A stretch of 64,000 bases of DNA from a virus. Shown in pieces: positions 47,936 to 55,745 of this stretch. The position numbers and the translations under genes are program-made. The notes under the pieces are model-generated. The model saw nothing but the letters and a program-made list of their open reading frames with translations, did not search any database and was not told the origin of the DNA. Positions within the stretch are counted from its first letter, which is position 1. Each line of letters opens with the position of its first letter. The DNA lies in the IMG/VR virus record IMGVR_UViG_3300047564_002353, positions 1 through 64,000 of that record; one strand, written 5' to 3'.

Positions 47936-50900
47936 TTATGCGGTTACTCCGCCTGCATCTATGCTGCTTATTCCGCCGTAATTGCTGTCAGGAAAGCCGC
48001 CATCAAAATTTCCAAATGCTTCATTATTGCCTCCGCCGCCTCCGGTGCCATTAGTTCCTGCACTACCAGTATAACCCCTTGGCCCTTGAATTTGTCCTAC
48101 ATCTATCCAGCCTGCTACAGTCCACACCCAAAGATGAAAATTATCTTGTGCAGTATATGCGTCACCATAACTACCTTGATACGAAGGATTTAGATTTGCA
48201 CTTGTAGCCACCGTTCCTAAGATAGTTACACTGGTGCCATCTGCTCCTCGGCTACCAGTATATCCAGTAAATCCACGTAATCCTATACCAGTTTCACCTT
48301 TACTACCAGTATATCCTAAAGCTGCATATTCTCCTGGTATACCTTGACTACCTGTATATCCGCCACTACCTGTAAATCCACGACTACCTGTAAATCCATT
48401 TAATCCATCTAATCCACGACTACCTGTATAACCTTGACTGCCAGTATATCCTCTTGAACCAGAAAATCCTGTGCTACCTAGTTCACCTTGACTACCAGTA
48501 AATCCAATACTACCTTGACTACCAGTAAATCCAATACTACCTTGACTGCCTACATAGCCAACACTACCAGTAAATCCGACTGCACCTCTGCTTCCGGTAA
48601 AGCCTGTAGTACCTTGACTACCTGCATAACCTATATCGCCTCGACTGCCTACGAATCCAGTGTTTCCTTGACTACCTACGAATCCAGTGTTTCCTTGACT
48701 ACCAGAGTAACCAATAATTCCTTGTGGGCCTTCAGGTCCTCTAACTACCCCTACATCATTCCATTGTGACCCGGACCAAATATGCAAGTGGCCGTCATCG
48801 CTAGTAATATAACCGTCGCCTGTTGTTCCATTATATGTAATTGGTAGAGCAGAATATGTAGCTACTGATCCTACAATTGTAACACTAGTACCGTCTAATC
48901 CTCGACTACCTGTATAACCTTGACTACCTGTATAACCTTGACTACCTACATAACCAATATCACCTTGTGATCCAATATATCCAACATCGCCTCGACTACC
49001 AATAAATCCAGAAATTCCTTGACTGCCTGTATATCCGATATCTCCTTTACTTCCGGTAAATCCAATAATACCTTGACTACCAGTGTAACCTAAATCACCT
49101 CGACTACCAGTGTAACCAATATTACCTTGACTTCCAGTATAACCTTGACTACCAGTAAATCCAATACTACCTTGACTGCCTACAAATCCAATGTCGCCTT
49201 TGCTTCCAGTATAACCTTGACTACCACGACTACCTACAAATCCAATATCACCTTGACTACCAGTGTAACCTATATCTCCTTGACTACCAGTGTAACCACG
49301 ACTACCAGTAAATCCAATAATACCTTGACTGCCTGTATATCCGATAACACCTTGACTACCAGTAAATCCTATTGATCCAGAATACCCTTGTATACCTTGA
49401 CTGCCTGTATGGCCAATAGGTCCTTGTAATCCAGTTGGTCCTCTAACTAATCCTACATCATTCCACTGCGATCCAGACCATATATGTAAATGGCCGTCAT
49501 CGCTAGTAATATATCCATCACCTATTGATCCGTTATATGCAATTGGCAAGTTAGATTCTGTAGATACTGATCCTACAATCGTAACGCTAGTTCCGTCGTT
49601 ACCTCTACTACCTGTATAGCCGATATTGCCTTGACTACCTGTATAACCATAGCTACCTGTATAACCTCTACTACCTGTATAGCCGATATTACCCTGACTA
49701 CCTGTATAGCCGATATTACCCTGACTACCTGTGTAACCAAATGATCCAGTAAATCCAATATTACCTTGACTACCTACGAATCCAGTAATCCCTTGACTAC
49801 CTGTGTATCCAATATCACCTTGACTACCTGTGTATCCAACCTCTCCCTTACTTCCAGTAAATCCAATAACACCTTGACTACCTGTATAGCCGATAACACC
49901 TTGACTACCTATATAACCAGTGCTTCCAGTAAATCCAATATCGCCTCGGCTACCAGTAAATCCAGTAAATCCAACACTACCAGTAAATCCAGAAATACCT
50001 TGACTACCTGTATATCCAATATCGCCTTTACTGCCAGTAAATCCAATGTCTCCCTGACTACCAGAATAACCAATGACACCTCGGCTACCAGTAAATCCAG
50101 TAAATCCAACACTACCAGTAAATCCGATATCTCCTTTACTTCCGGTAAATCCAATAATACCTTGACTACCTGTATAACCGATGTCACCTTGACTTCCAGA
50201 ATAACCAATATTACCTTGACTTCCAGAATAACCAATAGGTCCTTGCGGACCCTCAGGTCCTCTAACTAATCCTACATCATTCCACTGCGAACCTGACCAA
50301 ATATGTAAGTGGCCGTCATTAGCAGTAATATATCCGTCACCTATTGAACCATTGTAAGAATTAGGAAGTTGATTTTGACTACTTACACTTCCAATTATAG
50401 TAACACTAGTTCCGTCTGAACCACGACTACCAGTAAATCCAACACTACCAGTATATCCAATAACACCTTGACTACCTACATAACCAATATCGCCTCGACT
50501 ACCTGTAAATCCAGTAATGCCTCGACTACCAGTATAACCGACTGATCCAATAAATCCTATGCTACCAGTATAACCAATATTACCTTGACTACCAGTATAG
50601 CCAATATCGCCTTGACTACCTATGTAACCAATATTACCTTGACTGCCAGTATAGCCGATATCTCCTTGACTGCCAGTATATCCGATATCTCCTTGACTAC
50701 CTACATAACCCGTATCGCCTTGACTACCTGTGTAACCAAATGATCCAGTAAATCCAATATTACCTTGACTACCTGTGTAACCGAATGATCCAGTAAATCC
50801 AATATTACCTTGACTACCTGTATAACCTTGACTACCTGTGTATCCTGTAGCACCAATACTACCAGTGTATCCAGTAGTGCCTCGACTACCAGTATAACCA

Positions 50901-52453
50901 ATACTACCTGTGTAACCAATACTACCAGTATATCCAGTAATACCTTGACTACCTACAAATCCGATGTCTCCTTGAGGTCCAACGATTTGTCCTACATTAG
51001 TCCAACTACTACCAGTCCATACTTGTAGATTTTGTCCAACAATATAAGCATCACCTATGCCTGCGGAATTTTCTAATTGATTTAGATTATCTGCTTTTCC
51101 TAGTATTCTAACACTGGTACCATCTGCTCCTCGACTACCTACGAATCCAGCGATACCTTGACTACCAGTAAAGCCTATTCCTTGACTACCAGTATAACCA
51201 ATAGCTACATTATAAAGTTGTTCGGATTGACCTCCAGCGTTTACTACCATTTCTAAGGCGCCAGTTGAACTGTTACGTCTTAAAATAATTTTAGAATTTT
51301 CTTCTCCAAACACAAACTCTGATGCTCTAACAGATACTAGGCCGCTGTTTGCATCTCTAAAAATAACGTTTCCATCATTGTCAACATTAATAGTAGTGCC
51401 ATCGATATCAATAGTTTGATTGGTTACATATAAAGATTTAAATCTATAACTTGGGCTACCTAGATCATATAATCCATTTGCATCAGGTATCAGATCTCCT
51501 GGTATACTAGTAGTTCCTACTTGATCATACAGTAAAGCATTCTGAGTCGAGATAGTAAGTATTTTATAAGGGTCGCCTTCGGCGTCAGTAGTAATTGCTA
51601 TACCTTGCCCTGAACTAATTGTAAGAGTATCTAATCCGCTTGCTACTAAATCTTCTTGCCCTGCTACTTTTAGTGTTTTAAAAGTAGAGTTCATTGCTAT
51701 TTTAGCAGCACCTGATCCTAAATCTGAAACTGCAAAGCCGCTGTCATTATCAAACCTTAAGGTGTTAATATTAGTTAAGGTGTTAGAAATTTCATTGGCT
51801 GTGTTTATTTCACTTATCGTTAAACTAGAACCTACACCAGCTGAACCGGTGTATCCAGTAACTCCTGCACTACCTGTATAGCCAACTCCTTGACTACCAG
51901 TATAACCAGCACCTGCACTACCTGTATAGCCAATATCACCTTTATTACCCTGATCTCCTTTATCTCCCTTATTACCTTTTAAGTTTCCGGTAACATGAGT
52001 ATTTTCAACACCATAGGATAAAGTTAAAGTTCCGTCTTCGTTACTTGAAATATCAGTTATACCAACACCAGATTCACCTTGACTGCCTGTGTAACCAATA
52101 CTGCCTTGACTGCCTGTATAACCTATACCTGCACTACCAGTAAAGCCTCGTGGTCCTGATCCGTCACCTCCGCCGACAGTAAACCAATCAGGCGCTGAAC
52201 CATCATCATAATAAATGCTTAATTCGTTAGTATCAGGATTGTACCAAATGGTACCGTTGGAAGGTTCTTGAGGTTCAGTATTGCTAATTGTAGTAACAGA
52301 GTTACCGCCTATTGGAAGACCGCCAAGAGTTGCGCCGTCACTTAGACGTAGTTCTCCTGTTTCTACATTGAAGAATATGTTGCCTTCCTCGCCAACGAAC
52401 GATTCTATATCGTTTTTGACAAGTCCAGCTTTGATTTTACGGAAAAATGCCAC
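47936..52453 (-). CDS. 1505-aa collagen-like fibre protein with interspersed globular modules
   Basis: GTG start; long G(Y/F)(T/V)GS(Q/R)G runs; about 5 DGTSV...W...G modules. Confidence 0.85.
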   Translation of the reverse strand: MAFFRKIKAGLVKNDIESFVGEEGNIFFNVETGELRLSDGATLGGLPIGGNSVTTISNTEPQEPSNGTIWYNPDTNELSIYYDDGSAPDWFTVGGGDGSGPRGFTGSAGIGYTGSQGSIGYTGSQGESGVGITDISSNEDGTLTLSYGVENTHVTGNLKGNKGDKGDQGNKGDIGYTGSAGAGYTGSQGVGYTGSAGVTGYTGSAGVGSSLTISEINTANEISNTLTNINTLRFDNDSGFAVSDLGSGAAKIAMNSTFKTLKVAGQEDLVASGLDTLTISSGQGIAITTDAEGDPYKILTISTQNALLYDQVGTTSIPGDLIPDANGLYDLGSPSYRFKSLYVTNQTIDIDGTTINVDNDGNVIFRDANSGLVSVRASEFVFGEENSKIILRRNSSTGALEMVVNAGGQSEQLYNVAIGYTGSQGIGFTGSQGIAGFVGSRGADGTSVRILGKADNLNQLENSAGIGDAYIVGQNLQVWTGSSWTNVGQIVGPQGDIGFVGSQGITGYTGSIGYTGSIGYTGSRGTTGYTGSIGATGYTGSQGYTGSQGNIGFTGSFGYTGSQGNIGFTGSFGYTGSQGDTGYVGSQGDIGYTGSQGDIGYTGSQGNIGYIGSQGDIGYTGSQGNIGYTGSIGFIGSVGYTGSRGITGFTGSRGDIGYVGSQGVIGYTGSVGFTGSRGSDGTSVTIIGSVSSQNQLPNSYNGSIGDGYITANDGHLHIWSGSQWNDVGLVRGPEGPQGPIGYSGSQGNIGYSGSQGDIGYTGSQGIIGFTGSKGDIGFTGSVGFTGFTGSRGVIGYSGSQGDIGFTGSKGDIGYTGSQGISGFTGSVGFTGFTGSRGDIGFTGSTGYIGSQGVIGYTGSQGVIGFTGSKGEVGYTGSQGDIGYTGSQGITGFVGSQGNIGFTGSFGYTGSQGNIGYTGSQGNIGYTGSRGYTGSYGYTGSQGNIGYTGSRGNDGTSVTIVGSVSTESNLPIAYNGSIGDGYITSDDGHLHIWSGSQWNDVGLVRGPTGLQGPIGHTGSQGIQGYSGSIGFTGSQGVIGYTGSQGIIGFTGSRGYTGSQGDIGYTGSQGDIGFVGSRGSQGYTGSKGDIGFVGSQGSIGFTGSQGYTGSQGNIGYTGSRGDLGYTGSQGIIGFTGSKGDIGYTGSQGISGFIGSRGDVGYIGSQGDIGYVGSQGYTGSQGYTGSRGLDGTSVTIVGSVATYSALPITYNGTTGDGYITSDDGHLHIWSGSQWNDVGVVRGPEGPQGIIGYSGSQGNTGFVGSQGNTGFVGSRGDIGYAGSQGTTGFTGSRGAVGFTGSVGYVGSQGSIGFTGSQGSIGFTGSQGELGSTGFSGSRGYTGSQGYTGSRGLDGLNGFTGSRGFTGSGGYTGSQGIPGEYAALGYTGSKGETGIGLRGFTGYTGSRGADGTSVTILGTVATSANLNPSYQGSYGDAYTAQDNFHLWVWTVAGWIDVGQIQGPRGYTGSAGTNGTGGGGGNNEAFGNFDGGFPDSNYGGISSIDAGGVTA
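48050..51210. repeat. degenerate 9/18/27-bp coding tandem repeats (ccttgactacctgtataacc-type), also at about 43930-45120 and 38100-38460
   Basis: visible periodic repeats encoding Gly-X-Y. Confidence 0.9.
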
Positions 52454-52480
52454 ACTAAATCCCTTAATTTAGTGTATTTA
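52452..52480 (-). promoter_or_regulatory. late-type promoter ATAAATA overlapping a 9-bp hairpin that covers the RBS and GTG start
   Basis: ACACTAAAT-TAAGGG-ATTTAGTGT. Confidence 0.65.
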
Positions 52481-52488
52481 TTGGTTTC

Positions 52489-52746
52489 TTACTTTTGAAA
52501 AATTGGGTTATTAGGATTTGGTTCTTCTTCATCTTGTGTAAGATCTTTAATTATTGGACTATCTTTGCCCATTTCGGCTTTCTTCATCTCAATATCTTGT
52601 TGCAAGGGAGGAACCATTACAGGATTGTCTTTGAGTTCGGTTGGATCTCTAGCATCATCGGCGCCAGGCATATCAATTTCTGGATCTCCATCTCCATTAA
52701 TTTTTATAGTTATTGGAACATTGATAACAAATTCTCTAGCTCTCAT
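52489..52746 (-). CDS. small acidic protein with CTS-like start (MRAREF)
   Basis: SD GGAG; TAAATA at 52765-52770; MVPPLQQ.IE..K. Confidence 0.75.
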   Translation of the reverse strand: MRAREFVINVPITIKINGDGDPEIDMPGADDARDPTELKDNPVMVPPLQQDIEMKKAEMGKDSPIIKDLTQDEEEPNPNNPIFQK

Positions 52747-52779
52747 GCAAATTCTCCGTATTTTTATTTATCGTTATAA

Positions 52780-52808
52780 TTGACTAAAATAATAAAAGGG
52801 CATATAAT
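52780..52808 (+). promoter_or_regulatory. sigma70 promoter TTGACT-N17-TATAAT, leaderless
   Basis: 6 nt (GTAGCT) between the -10 box and ATG 52815. Confidence 0.85.
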
Positions 52809-52814
52809 GTAGCT

Positions 52815-53114
52815 ATGAAATATAAACCTGGTGAATCAATCGAAGAATGGGCAGATCGTGTTCGCATGTTCGAGTACGGTGAAGCTATTAAACAAATTGC
52901 AAATGGCCAAGATGTTAATGTAGTCATGGAAGCCATGAGCGTTCGAATCATGGAAAAAATAAAGTACCCATTACTTAAACAAATTAAAGAATGGGGCACT
53001 TCAACTTATGATGCCACTGTAGCTAAAGAAAACTATAAAAAGAATTATTTAGATAAAACTCGACCAGTGGCAGATCATATGAACGATGTAGACGACCCAA
53101 ATTATACTACTTGA
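52815..53114 (+). CDS. protein resembling the glutamyl-tRNA reductase (HemA) dimerisation domain
   Basis: E...A...IANG.D...VME.MS..I..KI..P pattern. Confidence 0.55.
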   Translation: MKYKPGESIEEWADRVRMFEYGEAIKQIANGQDVNVVMEAMSVRIMEKIKYPLLKQIKEWGTSTYDATVAKENYKKNYLDKTRPVADHMNDVDDPNYTT

Positions 53115-53332
53115 GCTAACCCATAGATAGCATATACTAACATGGTTTTAGTATGCATATCATCTGCTTCGCTATCTAAAACATCAGTTCGAACTAAATC
53201 TTCTAATAGTTCTTTATATTCATCAGTAGACATATTACCTTGTGCATATTGTTCTTGTAACTGAAGAGCCATTTGCGCTCTTTGTGCTACCCAAGGCTTA
53301 TCACTTTGTGCTAATTGATATAAATCGCTCAC
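53102..53332 (-). CDS. hypothetical protein
   Basis: GTG start directly after the upstream stop. Confidence 0.7.
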   Translation of the reverse strand: MSDLYQLAQSDKPWVAQRAQMALQLQEQYAQGNMSTDEYKELLEDLVRTDVLDSEADDMHTKTMLVYAIYGLAQVV

Positions 53333-53716
53333 TTAAAATCTCCCTAATACGGCTTTCGCCACTGTACCACTTTGTGCATCTAACACTTTTTTCTTCATAT
53401 TACAATACGCTTCACTTCCCTGTTTAGTCATGCTACGATCATAAAAGTCATTAACAGTTTCATTCATTGGTTTTACTAAACGCAATACATCTCTAGTGTC
53501 TTTAACTTGGCTGTAAATGATTAGCCAATCCATATGTTTCTTAATCACTGCTACTTGCGGTGCGTGAGGTTCTTTGCAATCTAAATCTAATACACTTTGT
53601 CTAATGTCTATTACTGCACGACTTTGATTGTCATCCCAAAAGCTAGGTATTTTATCTTTAATTGTACTACAGCCCACTAATAATACAACAAGTAGACTGG
53701 CTGCTATTTTACGCAT
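53333..53716 (-). CDS. lipoprotein
   Basis: lipobox LLVG-C; SD GGAG. Confidence 0.75.
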   Translation of the reverse strand: MRKIAASLLVVLLVGCSTIKDKIPSFWDDNQSRAVIDIRQSVLDLDCKEPHAPQVAVIKKHMDWLIIYSQVKDTRDVLRLVKPMNETVNDFYDRSMTKQGSEAYCNMKKKVLDAQSGTVAKAVLGRF

Positions 53717-53784
53717 TAATGTTCTCCGTATGGTATTACAGGACGATCATCGTCTGTATTATCTGGACCAATTAGTTGCACCAT
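53716..53784 (-). CDS. possible 22-aa peptide MVQLIGPDNTDDDRPVIPYGEH
   Basis: fills the gap exactly; TAATG coupling to the lipoprotein gene. Confidence 0.4.
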   Translation of the reverse strand: MVQLIGPDNTDDDRPVIPYGEH

Positions 53785-54206
53785 GATTGTTTAGCTTCTC
53801 CATAATATTCACGAGCAAACCCGTTAGCAATTAATTGAGCACGTAGGCTTTGGCCATCTAGAATGATATCACCTAGCACACGACCACCAAACTTATCCCA
53901 ACCATAGATAACAACAAAACGTTGTACACTTCTTGCAACTAATTGTGTGGTAAATTTAGTGGCCATTGCACCACGCTCTGCTTCACTAGGACACTGAGCA
54001 CGATGGCCTTTTTCTGGTGTATCTACACCGTAGACTCGAATTGCTAACTGTGGTTTGATTGGTGCTGGAAGATATGGTGCAGCAATAACAACTGTATCGC
54101 CATCTGTGACTTTTAGAATCTGTGCTTCGTAAGTTACACCTTGTGGTGTTTTTTGTGCAAAAGCAAATAACGGTAATACTGCGAGTAATAATAGTAGTTT
54201 TTTCAT
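53772..54206 (-). CDS. secreted thermonuclease (SNase-like)
   Basis: signal peptide; VTDGDT, IRVYGVDTPE, DKFGGRVLG, LIANG.A..Y. Confidence 0.9.
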   Translation of the reverse strand: MKKLLLLLAVLPLFAFAQKTPQGVTYEAQILKVTDGDTVVIAAPYLPAPIKPQLAIRVYGVDTPEKGHRAQCPSEAERGAMATKFTTQLVARSVQRFVVIYGWDKFGGRVLGDIILDGQSLRAQLIANGFAREYYGEAKQSWCN

Positions 54207-54226
54207 AAACACTCCTTTCAGAGTAT

Positions 54227-54634
54227 TTACTTAAACCAGCCTATTTTTTCTCCATTGTCTTTACGACGCTGCCACTCCTCTACACTATTAGGATATCTCC
54301 AAGCCCACACAGCCACTAGGGCCATTGTAATAGCTGTATAGATCACGCCCTTAATTGGAACTGTAAATGCCATAAAGATCAAACTACTGCTCATTACCAG
54401 TAGCATAGCATATTTGCCTTTTTGAGGGAACACACGCTTTTCTCCCCAATTGGTTAGGAAAGGACCAAATCTAGGATGATTGTACAACCACTTGTGCATT
54501 CTGTCGCTGCTCTTACTAAAGCAATACGCAGCTCCTACTAAGAATATACTAAATGGTATGCCTGGTGTTACTAGACCAATGTAGGCCATTACCAAGCATA
54601 ACCATCCAAGTATAAAAAAGAAAAGTTTTTTCAT
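54227..54634 (-). CDS. ybaN: YbaN/DUF454 family inner-membrane protein
   Basis: IG...PGIP...F...AAYCF.KSS.R.H.WL.NHP.FGP.L..W; start MKKLFF. Confidence 0.85.
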   Translation of the reverse strand: MKKLFFFILGWLCLVMAYIGLVTPGIPFSIFLVGAAYCFSKSSDRMHKWLYNHPRFGPFLTNWGEKRVFPQKGKYAMLLVMSSSLIFMAFTVPIKGVIYTAITMALVAVWAWRYPNSVEEWQRRKDNGEKIGWFK

Positions 54635-55143
54635 TGTAGATATTCTAACCAAGCCGGATCTCTGACTTGAAATGGCAAACTTTTACGTTTGTTAACAAGT
54701 TCATAATAACTAGGCTTATAAGGCTTGATTCTAGGCTTAGTTTTAGTACTGTTACTTTTACGAGCATTACAAGGTCCACAGGCTGTTACGCTGTTATCCC
54801 AAACACTCTTGCCACCCAAACTGATTGGATGTACATGATCCAATGTACAATCTTTTTTAGTTAAGCCAGTTCCACAATATTGGCAAGTATATAAATCTCT
54901 TAAGAATACATTGCCTTTACTAAAGCGAACAGCAGCTTTTGGCTTCATGTAATCTTTGAGCATGATGATGCTGGGAACTTGTGTTTCCCAACGAGCACTA
55001 CGCACGATCCAATTCTCATGCCAAGCTAATACGTGGGCCTTATCTAGGACCATGTATCGAATGGATTCTTGCCAATCGCATACACTCAAAGGAATGATGC
55101 TAACTGGTGCGCCATCTGCATTAAGAATAAGGGTATCTGACAT
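54631..55143 (-). CDS. HNH endonuclease
   Basis: LILNAD, NVFLRD.YTCQYCG, TLDHV.P.S.GG...W.N.V.AC..CN..K. Confidence 0.92.
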   Translation of the reverse strand: MSDTLILNADGAPVSIIPLSVCDWQESIRYMVLDKAHVLAWHENWIVRSARWETQVPSIIMLKDYMKPKAAVRFSKGNVFLRDLYTCQYCGTGLTKKDCTLDHVHPISLGGKSVWDNSVTACGPCNARKSNSTKTKPRIKPYKPSYYELVNKRKSLPFQVRDPAWLEYLQ

Positions 55144-55175
55144 TTTTATTAAATTTTAGGGGTTGTACAGATTAT

Positions 55176-55204
55176 ATTATATAATCAAATACAAAATTAT
55201 TCAA
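55176..55204 (-). promoter_or_regulatory. sigma70 promoter TTGAAT-N17-TATAAT with an 8-bp dyad
   Basis: GATTATAT-N-ATATAATC (55170-55186) centred on the -10 box. Confidence 0.7.
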
Positions 55205-55745
55205 GTATCGTTTGAGCGAATTCTCGGGAAGAACGTTCGATTGATGATGTCCACTGTTCAGATGAATTTAGCTCAAACACTAAATTTCTTGAAGATGACG
55301 CTATCAACCAACTTGTGTCATGATTGTAACCATTCACTCCTTGAATTTCAGAATTTAATTGATTTGGAGCCCATGCACATAATCCTGCAAAAATTCTCCA
55401 AAATTTTGGTTTATCGCCAATAGAAAATCTATAGAGTAAATCTGAACTGCTACTTAGACAAAAACGATCATTGATGTTTAAAGTATTACCACATTCCCAT
55501 TCTGAACTATGCAATACTGTCAATGCATTTACACTTACAGGACCGCCTACATATATGAAACCTGGAACATCGCTGTCCACACCATGTTGTGCAGAAAACT
55601 CTTTAATGCTCATTTTGCTAGATTTATTTAAGACTAAACCAATACTTCCTCTGTCATGGTCTTCAGTTATAAAGATAACTGTTTTACTCCAAAAATTACC
55701 TCTTACTGTTGGAGGAGCAATTAAAAGTTTTCCTGTTAAACTCAT
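55197..55745 (-). CDS. yqgE: YqgE/AlgH (UPF0301) family protein
   Basis: GKLLIA.P....F...VI....H...GS.GLVLN, VGGPV, G...W...QL..EI, W. Confidence 0.88.
   Translation of the reverse strand: MSLTGKLLIAPPTVRGNFWSKTVIFITEDHDRGSIGLVLNKSSKMSIKEFSAQHGVDSDVPGFIYVGGPVSVNALTVLHSSEWECGNTLNINDRFCLSSSSDLLYRFSIGDKPKFWRIFAGLCAWAPNQLNSEIQGVNGYNHDTSWLIASSSRNLVFELNSSEQWTSSIERSSREFAQTILE

Noticed and set aside
43872-51028. Many alternative-frame and antisense ORFs (VVKVILD..., TTCITL...) over the fibre genes
   Set aside because: Shadows of the periodic GYTGSQ coding repeat; no SD or independent signal
47936-52453. Repeat array as a CRISPR or DGR
   Set aside because: Units are in-frame, degenerate at third positions and lack unique spacers; no cas or reverse transcriptase gene in the window
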